From the NCBI RefSeq assembly GCF_964355755.1, contig NC_092672.1, positions 2,666,001-2,730,000 on the forward strand: a stretch of DNA of 64,000 nucleotides. The letters are read 5' to 3'. Made by a program: the position numbers and the translations under genes. Numbering within the stretch: the stretch's first letter is position 1; the number at the start of each line of letters is the position of its first letter. The DNA is from Antedon mediterranea. Its lineage: Eukaryota; Animalia; Echinodermata. Positions 41,615 to 54,185 of the stretch are shown piece by piece. The notes under the pieces are model-generated. The model did no database searches. It was not told where the DNA came from and saw nothing but the letters and a program-made list of their open reading frames with translations.

Positions 41615-44600
41615 TTATGTACACAAGTGATTGATGACGTCACCTGATAGATTGCAAAAACTCATGTGAAGCCACTTCAGCTTAGGACACATAATGAGAA
41701 ATGAAGACAATGAATTAACATCAATGTTGTGAAAGTTATTACCAGAGATATCGAGATAACGTATTGCTAATTGAACTTGTTTGAGAGAACATTCTGTACC
41801 CAAGTGATTGATGACATCACCTGATAGATGGCAATGACTCATTTCAAGGTACGTCTGCTTAGGACACATAATGAGAAATGAAGACATTGAATTAACATCA
41901 ATGTTGGGAAGGTTATTACCAGAGATATTCAGATAAACTAATGCTAATTGAACTTGTTTCAGAGAACATTCTGATACAAAGTCATGAAATACATCACGTG
42001 ATAGATACTGATCAATAACAACACTTTTACATTTAGCTTCAATTCCTAGAATATGTGCAATAACTTTTCCCTTGCGTTTCAATGCCATCTTACTACAAAA
42101 TGTATTCAAACTTTTATTCCCATTTGCATATTTCAACGGTTCTTTGTCATATGCCATGCAATAAAGTTGCATAATTAGAGGTATGAAATGCTTATTACAT
42201 TGCACACCTGGACTAATGTGGTCAATAAACATTGTTATGGAGGTAGATATATTGTCCAAATGTGTCTTTATTTCTAAATCTTGAATTTGATCATTTAATT
42301 CATTTACCACAGCATCTTTATGTTGTTCTTTAACAAACATTAAATTACTCGGCAGAGAACGATATGTCGACAAACTATTTGTAACCCAGTGCTTTAAAAA
42401 TGCATTAGCGTTAGCACCAAGGAAACCAATTGCAAACTTTCTCCCCATCTTTAAATGCTCACTTTCTCTTATTACTTTCCATTCATTATCATCCAATGGT
42501 GTAAGTATTCGTCTTACATCTTCTGTTGTGCATTCATTCTCGATACCATCACTTTCACATAATTTGCACAAATAGAATCCTACCAATGACTCTACTATCA
42601 ACTTGTGAGGAGGCATGAAAATCCTTTCAAAGCTAGATTTTGAAATTGGTGCTTCTTCGTAAACAAACCCAAGATTTACGGCCATGTCAATCATATCTCT
42701 TGTGGAATGTGCATCATTCAAATCTGTCATGTTTATTGAAAGTTGATTCTTTTTTAAGCTTTTATACATACACTTCCCTAATAAAATCATAGCATTTACA
42801 TAATTCGCTGGGATGTCTTCAAATTCAGAAATGTTGGCGAATTGTTTTTGTTTGTTAAACTGATTTAAAATACTACGGAAAAGTTGTTTGAAAAGATCAG
42901 CACTGTCACTAGGAAGACTTTGATTGTTTTCCCATAACATACACATTGAAAGAAGTAACATAGGGTTTTTGCACATTGAATATGCTTCTGGATGTTTTCG
43001 ATAATAATACCTAGTGTCAATACCTAATTCCCTTTTAAGCGACTCTCCCAATTGCGGTTGTCCAAAATAATTAAAATATTTCTCAATATACTCATATATG
43101 CTCTCTTGATTAAATCCCTTAACTCTCACATGAACGTTACACTCTTTTTTAAATTCATCTATGTTTTCTTGTCGTGAAGTAAGTATCACAGTACTTTCTT
43201 TAAGGTTGGTTTTATTGAAAAGACTTAATACACTTTGATTATTAAATCTCAACTCATCTAATCCGTCTAGTAGCAACACAACTTTATCGTCATGTTTCTT
43301 TATGAATTTCTGAATTAACCGTGGATCTTTTGGGAGATCTGTGTCTAAATTGAAATCTTTCATATCCAGTTGCTTTACAATTAGATCAAATATATTGTCA
43401 TCTTTTTGCAAATCTCTAACACATAAGAAAAATACAATTTTACCTTCAAAGACATTATTAGATTGACTAGGTGTAGCCCATGTGTATGATAAATGTCTTA
43501 ATATGGTAGTTTTACCAATACCTCCCTCTCCTTCAATAAGAGCTCTACATCCAGGTGTGGAGCTGATTACATCTACCACCTCTTCTAATGTTGTTGGTTT
43601 GCTTCCTTTATTGTTTTCACGTTCTTTGAGTAGTTCCATATCGGTAAACATCTGTGAAACGTCAACTTTGTATCGATCATTCATTGTTGCAGGTGTAAAT
43701 CTACTGGCCTGTCTGCACTTGTTCTTTTGAATTTTAATCAGATATGTTTGCATCTTTTCTAAAAACAAAGTAAATTATTCAATAGAAAGAATCTTATACT
43801 TAATTATATTTTATTAAGCATTTTATATATTAGTATTATTATTGTTGATATTAATTCATCTTAATTATTTATTTAAATATAGGCCTATAATTTATTTTAG
43901 TAGGCCTAAATAATATTGGTTTGGTTGTTCTTTTTACAGGCCTAGATAATGTCATCCTAGCTATAAATAAAATTGAAAGTTGTTATTATAGCAATTTGAA
44001 ATTATTTTACCTAAAGTTATTGAAGATTGTTATCAGTCATACCAAACTCTCAATATCGTATTTTTTTTGTGTAAATCAATAGGGTTTTAGAGGGCGACAA
44101 ATACATATTTTTTTCTATCAGGCCGGTAGACCAGCATATTTCAGATTAAAATCAAACTAACTCCGTCAGAAAACGATATAAGTATGTAAGTTTTATTTTT
44201 GTAAATTTCTTAATTTTGCTGTCATAAAAAATTGTTCATATCCGATTATACGATTGTTGGAATGAGGTGTATACAAGATTAACTGTTCTAATCCTGATTT
44301 TAATTACATTTTTCATGTTTTTTGTTCTTTTATAATTATAAGCCTTGTTTAGGACAAAATTCACAACAAGAAATATTCTACTGCATAAAAAGCGTCTTTT
44401 TATACGATACTAATAATAACTAACCTGTTTCTGACTCAACCTTATTTTGCGTTCCTTGTTCTTCGTTACTAGTAGTCGACACTTCTACTGTTTAATAAAT
44501 AAATAAGTGTATTAATCATTATTATCAAACCGACCTTATTACTTTACAATTATTCTACCGCATAATAAACTTCTTTATAGAAGAAAACTTATACAGTTTA

Positions 44601-47540
44601 AAGTTATTAACAAACATGCTTCTGGTTTAAACTCTTTTTGCGTTCCTTGTTCTGTTTTACTAGTGTTCGGCACATTTACTGTTTAATGATAAATAAGAAT
44701 AGATAAATAGTTTAATTAATTCAAAATAATTATAAATTTAATAATATAGAAATACAATTATAATAAAAAGAAATACAGTTTTCATTTCAGAAATATTTCC
44801 ATTTAAGTAGTCAAGTTATATTGCAATTAAGGTCTTTTTTCACAAAAAAAATCCTTTTTAGTAACGCAATTGTATATAGAGGGCGACAAACACAATTTTA
44901 AATCAATCAGAAGAAGAAAACTTCAATTTCTGTACTGACATGATCGGAAATGACGTCAAACTCTTTTTTTTATAAACCTAAAGAGACTATAACAAAATAA
45001 ATCAAGACTAAATATGCATTAAAATCCGAGATTAGAGATACATTTTACAGAGAGCATAAATTCAGATACTTTCCTCCCATTGAATTGTAATATTTGTTAA
45101 TCTGCACTCACCAGTGTCTGATTTAACTTCTTGTTGCGTTCCTTTGTTGAACCTACCACTGGTCGGTGGCACTTCCTCTGTGTAATAAAAAGAACGGGAG
45201 AAATATGAATTTACAATAATTTTAGGGATTCATTAAAGCATAAATATCTAACTAAGAAATAACAAAAACCTAAACCAATCGAGTTAAATTCAAATAATGG
45301 CCAAAATAGATAGCCACATATTAGACAAATCAATGTGATGTGATTATTCTAATTGATCTTTTCTTTTATATTGTTGTTTTCCCCGTAAATTTTGATTTTG
45401 GAGTCAAAGTTTTCTAGCTTTATAATCTTTTATTTCTACAAATATGTTGAATTAGATTAGGAATGATGAATGTAATGTATTTGTGGTTGATTTGGCTTCA
45501 ATAATAATCATCTCTATATTATATTGTTCAAATAATTGAAAACATGCCTCTGGAAAGTTATTGGTTCCATGGAACCTCCATCTTTTATCGGTTTTCTCAA
45601 TCTTCATATTAATTTATTTACAATTAAGTAAGTATAAAAAATGATGATAACGTTGTATCTTAATGAGTAATTATTAAGCTATTGTCGTCTAATAAAGGTG
45701 TTAATAACACTACCAAATATTGACTGGGAAACAATCACAATTATACAATATGTCGTTGGTTACTTGTTTGGTTTACACTAACGTAACGCAATAATGTAGA
45801 CGCAACGCAAGCGAATAGACCAATGATAAGCGACAGTTCGAATAATGCATCGCTTGTGATTGGTCAATTCACGACGTTGCTTAATATTTAATGTATATCT
45901 CTAGGACTCGTAACAGTACGGTAACTAATCTGTTTCTGATTTAACTTCTTTTCGTGTTCCTTCATTACTACTGGTCGTCGGCACTTCCACTTTATAAATA
46001 TATAATTAACAGAAAACAATCTAAATTAATATTAGGAGCGCAATTCAGCATAGAATTAATTTATATATAAATACTATTTCCATTATAATTATACACATTA
46101 CTAACAAAATGAAATCATTTTGTTAGTGTACGTCTATACATAATTGGTAACTATAAACCTGTTTCTGACTTCATATCTGTTCTCATTCTCTTGTTACTAC
46201 TATGCACTTTCTCTTATAAATAAAAACAAATCTAATGGCTTTTACCTAGTGAATGAAATGATTATTTCTAGATATTGTTTATTTTCAAAATAATACGTTT
46301 GTAATGTTATTCAAATTGAATTGTATTATGTTATGGTTAATGTATATACTGTAAATACAATACCTGATTCTGACTCAGATCCGTTCGTCTGCCTCTTCTT
46401 CCTTCCTGTCATTTTGGATCCGCCGCTGTTATCCTCTGCTTGTATTCCTTGTTCGTTGTTAGGCCTAAAACTGGTGGTTGGCAATTCTTCTGTTTAAAAT
46501 AACAAACTGAATTTACAATATGGTATCCATCTTGTGAACAACCAATGATTAGAGTATCAATCCAGCTAATATACAACATTACGTATTAATTAGGTTTTTA
46601 GAGAGGGCGACAAATAAAATATGCTCAACAGAAGGCAGTAAAATAAAAAAAAATCACAAATCTGTAATAGATGTTTAGTCAGCGATCTTTCAGATTAAAT
46701 ACAAAACCGTATATCAAATTTATTCGACTAAACGCCTCCCTTTGAATACACGCCTCTCTCAAATAAACGCCCCATTAAAACATCATTTTGTATGTAGGCC
46801 TACAAAGTAGAATTTATTGACTTTCATGATCTCTACAATTTAGCAAACATATTAATTATATTGATACAATTGTTAATTTTGTTACAATAACGGATTTTGT
46901 TTGATAATTCGTTCCTGTTACATACCTTGTGTCAGGCATTTCATCGTTGATGCCAGTCCAATTTTGTTAAGAATGTTAATAAACTCTTCTTTTCTTTCTT
47001 CACAAACTATTTGTCTTTGTTCCAAGTCTATAATCATACTCCAAGAGTCTTCATAATTCTTTAAAGGATTGTTGAAGAGTGCATCAATTTTCTTAACAGC
47101 AGCCTTTCTTAGTTCGTTTCCAAAATCTGCAATCCAGTGTCGATATGGGGTGAAATTTATAATTTGTATTTCTTGAACTTCAAAGATAGATTGTTGGAAA
47201 ACTTTGATAGCTCCAAACGTTTGTGTTACTTTTATCGTTTCATAAAGTAACTCCAGATTGCCTGGGCTTAAACGTCCTGTTTTCCTCAATGCATGCAGTA
47301 GATCTATCGTTGTGTTGGCTTTGTCTATGTCTGCTACTGAAATTAAATCGTGGTATAAAACCTTCAGCTGTCTGACCAGGTTGTTTTTATCATACCATTC
47401 TGAAAAGTTCACCAAGTCCACATTAAAATCTATTTCTAAAAAAATAAAAAGTGGGAAAAAGAAAAGATTAGAAAAAACATTTTAAAATTGTTTTCGATGC
47501 AATATAAAAACACCATTTTTTGTTTATTACCTGTTCCCAT
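41615..47540 (-). CDS. NLR-1: tandem DED - micro-exon linker - NACHT - LRR innate immune receptor (premature stop at 41615; ancestral stop 41405)
   Basis: Exons 47540-47531 (MGT), 47435-46926 (two DED-like folds), 46489-46364, 46212-46159, 45177-45112, 44678-44616, 44487-44425, 43758-41615; all phase 1; Walker A GEGGIGKTT, Walker B LLLDGLDEL, sensor-1 ILTSR, RI-like LRRs. Confidence 0.87.
45930..45989 (-). pseudogene. Degenerate NLR-1 linker micro-exon (donor GT>AT)
   Basis: 60-nt open paralog of the neighbouring micro-exons (EVPTTSSNEGTRKEVKSET); ends CAG|ATTAGT vs CAG|GTTAGT at 44425. Confidence 0.7.
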
Positions 47541-50083
47541 TTTGTCAATTCAGTTTTCTATCTTTATTTCTGAAAAACAGAATTGCTGTATTTAAGATAA
47601 ATGCTGTGCATCCGTTTTTCAAATTGAAGACCTTCTTTAAACAAGAAATATTTCTTACAAAAAACGCTGCTCGCTTATTGACTTATTCACTTTAGTTCAT
47701 TTTATTGCTAAGGTCAAGTCGGGGGTCACTTCATCACGCCTAGATACATGGACTGTTTTGATAATAATTCAATGATTTATCTGACACCAAATTACAGTAT
47801 TATATAACATCATGGGACTCATAAATACGAGAAATGCTTTGGGATTTGTCATTCAACCGTTAGACTCTTTTCCCAGACGTTTTTGGGTCTAGCAGGTGGG
47901 ACCTATAAATTATGGTGGAGTTTACATTTTCGCAAAAATGTCAGTCCCTCAGTACTAAATCTGCTGCTGCTTTATATCGGATTACGTCATCTCTTGTGAC
48001 GTATCGGGCTAAAGCAGCAGCGTGAAAAATGTTTAAAATTAAACAATAGGACTAATGTAAATAAATAATTTTGTTTGACAGATCCAGTAAAGAATTTACT
48101 CACATTCTTTAGCTTTCGCCATCTTGGCTGATGGCTTGATCACAAGTGATCCGGTCCACTGCTACTTCTGGAAATCTGATGTTATTGTTTCTATATTACG
48201 TCATACTTTTTCGTAGCAATGATGTGTATACGTGATATGATATATTGCTGAACGTTTCCTCTTGTTTATTTCTTGAGATCCCATTAATAGGAGTGTCCCC
48301 TGAATATAGGTGCCTAAAGGAGGTGAATACTTTTAACTACTGTAAATACAGTACGTCTATTAAGAGGACACCCACTTCATTAGATCTAGTTAATAATAAT
48401 AATTCAAACCTAAAATTATTTCAAAAGATCACAGAGGAGAAAAGACCACGGTCACCTGGATTACCACGTGACACGATGTTGGAATCGTAAAAGGACAGTT
48501 TATCACAATTAAAATGTTTGTTCTGTTCTCGTGTTGTTTGTGCCGAAATTAGCAAAACAATTATATCTTTCTTTCTTTCTTTCTTCTATCTTTCTTTCTG
48601 AAAAAAAATGATGTAAATTCAACATAGCTGATAAAATATGGCGATTAGCACATTTAACATTGGTGGTATGGACAAAGGATATTCATGTGCATGGCCTGAT
48701 GTCTCAATAAAGTACATACAATTTTAACTCTTTTCCCCAATTTATTCACCTTCACCCATGCTATAAATCACGTAGTGATGGCCCTCATTTCTACCGGCTC
48801 AAATCTGTTCTCCTTCACCTCTCAACTGGCCCTGTCCTTGTCCTGCGGCGTGATTTGACTGTTTTTCTTACATGATGATTTGATGTTTTGATGATCATGA
48901 CTGGACGATATAAAGGTATTATTAGGTAGGGCATTATATTAAAGGATATGATTACATGATTCTGTTCTGATAACTCCGTCTCTTCTCGTATAATTGCTTA
49001 GGCCTATATATTGTACAATGTATACAAGTTTCTAAACGGAAGTGCGTTCGAATCCATGTTCTTACAAAAAAAAATATATATATATATATATATCTATATC
49101 AAAAGGACATTTAGACACATTAATTTACTGAAAATGACTATATATATGTAAGGATGTGGACGACAACACAAAAGGAAAAACACGCCTTTTCTCACTTTTA
49201 CCACGGTCCTGTGGTGTATTTGGTTTTAATTTGTTTTTAGCATAACAATAGAGATCAGTATGGTCCTGAAAACCACAAAATAAATACAATGAGAAACAAA
49301 AGTAAATAATATTCTAAAATACAAGCCAATTCTTAGTAACGACCTCAACTTAACAGGCGACTCTAATAAAAAGGATTCTCTCTGAGGACTGCGACTATTA
49401 CATCAAACGGCACGTCTACCTAAACAGCCTCTGTATACTTTGTTAGAGTATACAAATACCTAATTAATTACCTACACAATTGCATCATAAGTGCCTGAAT
49501 ATTACTATTATATTACTAGAATAAATGCATGTTGGAATTTACTCACACTATTTGAATACTAAACTTAGTCTATTCATTGAATCAAGGAGTTATAATCTTA
49601 GGTTTGTGTAAAATATATAAACAATAACAAATCCATGGGCGCAGCCATTTTGTATGATAAATAGAGGGCGCACTACATGACGATCTATCACGAGCATGGT
49701 AGCCTCGTGTGTACAAATTAATCAAGTGTGAACTGTAGGATGAACTATTTTATACAAACTGTTAACTAGAAACTATCTTCTATAAACTAAACATTACTAA
49801 ATCTATCTAAACATATTTTGTTAATACAAAGAAGGTTTATCACAAAAGTATATATTATAACATTATATGGCATAAAATCCTAGTTCAAAGATTGTAACAC
49901 AATACTATTCAATAGGCTTCCTAACTGCACATTCCATGAGTCAAGGTTAACCCAAAACAAATGTCTAGGCCTATGAATGCAATCATCTTAAAATACAACA
50001 TTACTGTTTCTTAAACATAACAGAATCTTATAAATGTATAACAAAGTAATATATGTATAAAGTAGAGTAATTACCTTTTAATC

Positions 50084-50626
50084 AGATGTATTGTCCCTTT
50101 GACTAATTCCAACAAAAAATTTTTTTTTAATTTCGAAAAAAAGTGGGTCATTTTGAAGTATCATAATAGTTATTAACTTTCACCAACAATTAGTCAAAAA
50201 AATAATAATTTAACCGAAATACAGATGTTTTTTTGTTCAAAAAATAACTTTGACTTCCAGTCAAAGTTTTCAATCAAAACATATCCCATAATGCAATGCG
50301 CTTGTTGGCTACTCTGTATGCATAATCATAAAACTTCCTCGCGACCTGTGTGAAAACACCTTCTCAACCGTGATGAGTTGTAAACAATCCTAATTAGCAT
50401 CATGCATAATGCATACTCATGGTTTGAAATCTTTGTTTACTTTCGCTTGCGACGATTTCTCAGACGAAATGTAATCTAATTAATTTACCTGTTAATTACG
50501 TAAACTGTTGGTTTTGGCTCGAATTTTCGACTTAAAGTGAATAACTTTAATATTACTTTAATATGGCCAATTTAAAATTAGAATATTTTTTTTTTCATTT
50601 TTTGTGTTTCAAGGGACAATACATCT
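50084..50626. mobile_element. Kolobok-like non-autonomous element
   Basis: TIRs AGATGTATTGTCCCTT / AAGGGACAATACATCT; TTAA directly on the right and two bases away on the left. Confidence 0.65.
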
Positions 50627-52768
50627 TTAAGTAAGAGACAAAACTATCTGCTTCCTTGACCGGTTCATGAATACAAAAGAAAGCAAATCATTTGAAAAAG
50701 ACTGTTACAATTATAGGGGGCAGCAACACCTATAGGGGGCAGTATTTAATTATCACATGATTAGATTAATCCCCACATATATGCCAATGGTTCAAAATAA
50801 TTTCTGGTTGATTTCAATTTAGGATGTATAGATTATTTTGTAAAAGTTGGGGTTGGGTGAGGGAAAGATTGATAATTTGTTATACGTAACGTACGATGAG
50901 AGTCAATACATTACAATATACGCCATGAGAACGGAGGCCAGACACAACATTGAATTGGTGGCTCGTATATGAGTGGCAATAAGCATTGTAGTGATCAACA
51001 ATGGACATTTGAGCTCATTTTAAGATGAGTAAATTACAATTGCATATTTGGCCTATATATATTTCCAAGGAAAACGAAACTCTTCGCACACAAGAAAACA
51101 AATGTAGCCCGTGTAAGTATTGCACTCACAGCGCACCATGTTTGATGAGTTGATGTGTTACAATACACATGAGCTATCAATATATGTTGTACTGTAGGCC
51201 TATAGTGTGTACTAAAGCATAGACTGAGAGATAGGGACATATACAACACTGTAGCTGTATGCTTGCACAGCCACTAAAATGCTGAGCTCTGTCTGAAATC
51301 AATGGTAATTATTATAGGGTGTCTAAAAATTACAATTATATTTAGAAGAAATTAAGTTGACAGAGGTCCCAACTTAGAAAAATAAAAGTCAAAGCCGTGG
51401 CCAAACCAACAATAGACGACCCTTGAATCAGGGCCTTGCTTTAATTCAGAATCACCAATACGGTCTTTGTTATCACCCATTGGCGGATCCGTGGTTTAAT
51501 TACAAAACAGACTATTGTACAACTCTCTTATTCCCTTCCTGCCATCAAACGTACAACATAAACTATAAATATTTTAGATTTGGATAAATTTAAATTGCAA
51601 ACTTACATTGTTGGCTTTAAAAGTGAATTTGACTGGAAAATATCATAACTTGTAATAACATTAATACATAATAATAGGCCTACAGTCAATCTTTGACGAT
51701 TTCATACCAGTCGCTGTGTGCCACTCCTTTTAACGGGTCAACTATAATATGTGTATTCATATCACATATTGACTTTGCCATGATGTCACAAAAGCTGTTC
51801 ACGGTCTATGCATTTCCTTTCTTCAATGCACAATACACGATCACGGAAGTCTATATAATAATATTTTATTAAAAAATCCACACAAGTTATTTATAGTTAT
51901 AGAAAAGACACAGAATCATTTGAAATAATTTAATTTATATATTTTAAAAAAACTGCAGAAGTTGTATATACCCACATAATTATAAACACATTTGATTAAC
52001 CCTTGTTTAAGACTTATCTAATAAATGCACTTACAGTTTATTCAACTTTAAATTTACTTAAATTTGAGATAGCATTTAACATACAAACATTTCAGTACTT
52101 TAATCGAAAGAAGCGACACACAATAGCCACAACTAAAATACAATAACGTCTAAATCCCGACGACGACGATGATAAAAATTAATAGGATACTACAATAGTA
52201 GTTTCTCCATAGTAATTATTGTGTCTAAGTACGCCCCTAGGAGACTGATGATCAATCTGTCATCAAAATGACAGGTATACTGTGTATCAAACAATTTGTA
52301 GCCAACTCCCAGAGTGATCATTTTTACAACATTTTGACGACGTAGTAAAGTGTAAGGTGTGATAAATTCACAGATAGGTAATTCGATCACCATGGTTGTT
52401 TTAGATGGTCACGTGTGACATAATGTTAAGTTGTCTATTGCACCGTCAATCGTGCCACGCCTGCATCCTTACATTGGATATCGGCATGATTGGTAAGCCA
52501 ATAGTCACTATTATGGTGTGGAAGTTAGCGAGCTGTGCATTCCTATTGGCCCGATACCGTGCGTTTAAACGCCATATTTTGTGTTGAATTTAATGTTTAT
52601 CAGTATATGTTATATACGTTAATGACAATACTCTATGTATATACAAAGGATATCAAGTGACAGCCTCTCATTGGATGCTCACTTGCACAAGATGTCACTT
52701 GTTATGCAAATGAGCATAGAATAATTATTGGAACAGGGTTTAGGTATTTAAGTTGTACAGTACTAGTC

Positions 52769-53748
52769 TAGACTTGCCCCAAGTCTGTATTATCTTTTTT
52801 TTTTATTTATTTGTTTTTATTTCGACCGCGATTTTTGTCTGAAAATACAGACTTGTGAAACACGTATAGAAATCGATTTGCAGACCGCAAACATACGATA
52901 AGAATGACGTAGGTTATCATACCGTATTTGGCTATATGGGGCGGGCGGTATGTAAATATGGATTTCGAATCAACCAATGATCATTTTGTTTCAAAATGAA
53001 AGAGATCGAGTACGTAGGCCTACCAGTGCTTAATGTACGATCGAGACTGTTGAAATATAAAATAGTAATGCCAAGTTGTTTTGTTTATTAATTGTTTAGT
53101 CCTTGGCCTAGGCCTCTTTCGTAGGTCCTACCATGGAGACTCCATGGTCCTACTCAATCGCACGTATGACCTGCCAAATAAAACGCCAATGAAGTAGGCC
53201 TACATACCACCGGCACACAACAGGGCTACACCACCACACAGAACAGGACAGGGTCTCAGTGGGAATTAAATCAAAATTATCTCCGCGTAATAAATGATCC
53301 ATTCAATGTTTGATTTTCGGAGAAGCTAGCCTATCATATATCAAGACGAGTTTTCATGTTTCAAAGATCCCATCAAATGTTTACCAGACTACTAGGCATA
53401 TAAAATAATTTCTAGCCTTCAGAACTTTCATAAATGTACCCAAGTTAAGTACACATTGTCTAAACGTAACATAGCGCATGCGCATCATCTTAGTTGTTGA
53501 GTCTTTGAAATTCTGAAATATGAATATTTACACGGTGTACGAGTGAGTAGCCAATCGCATGCAGCTGAAACTAGTCAACCGGATAATCGTATGCACCAAG
53601 AATTCTTGGTGTCAAACCACGTGACTTGTGCGTGTTTCCCCAGACGGAGTATCCAAAATCAAGTAGTATACGTATGAAACGCCATCTGTGCCAAAATATT
53701 TATCTTTTAACTAATATTAAGACAAAACTCCGTCTGGAACCCAGACTA
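52769..53748 (-). mobile_element. AcademH-like non-autonomous transposon, copy 2 (inverted)
   Basis: Reverse complement of 6393-7377; 10-bp TSD AGTACTAGTC (52759-52768, 53749-53758). Confidence 0.82.
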
Positions 53749-54185
53749 AGTACTAGTCGTACAGAATGTGGGCCAAGGGGGAATAACGGTTGTACACCTT
53801 AGCAAAAGGAACAACTAAGGATATTAATCTGTACACTCAGAAACCACCCAAGTACGTGAGGACATATCGACACTAAGCACTGTATAATAATGTACTATAA
53901 GAGTGCTGCGTGCTATTTAATCATTTTGTTAGGCTTTGTGAACATGTATAATTGTGTTAGATCATTTTAGATTTGTAATATTACCGCTTAAATTATTTAC
54001 TAGAAAATGTATATTGTATATTCATTATGTTACTATAATTATGGTCGTCGTCGAGGAAGAGGAGCCATACTGCAAAACTGACTTTAATTGTTAATCCCAC
54101 ATGCTATGGGAGAATTAGAATTTCTATTAATTTATTAAATCATACTTGTCACAATTTTGATGAAAAATGTCATTTTGTCATTCAG

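Noticed and set aside
41615-41617. Selenocysteine or programmed readthrough in NLR-1
   Set aside because: The codon is TAA, not TGA, and differs by one base from GAA in sister modules
44089-46615. AGAGGGCG motifs as CTCF sites
   Set aside because: The 5' half of the CTCF consensus is missing; better explained by duplication of intron modules
49147-50031. Possible solo LTR starting TGTAAGG
   Set aside because: No terminal CA, no TSD and no second copy in the window
47600-52700. Short ORFs and immune-factor-like motifs upstream of NLR-1
   Set aside because: No recognisable protein motifs or exon chains; IRF/NF-kB-like matches too weak in AT-rich DNA
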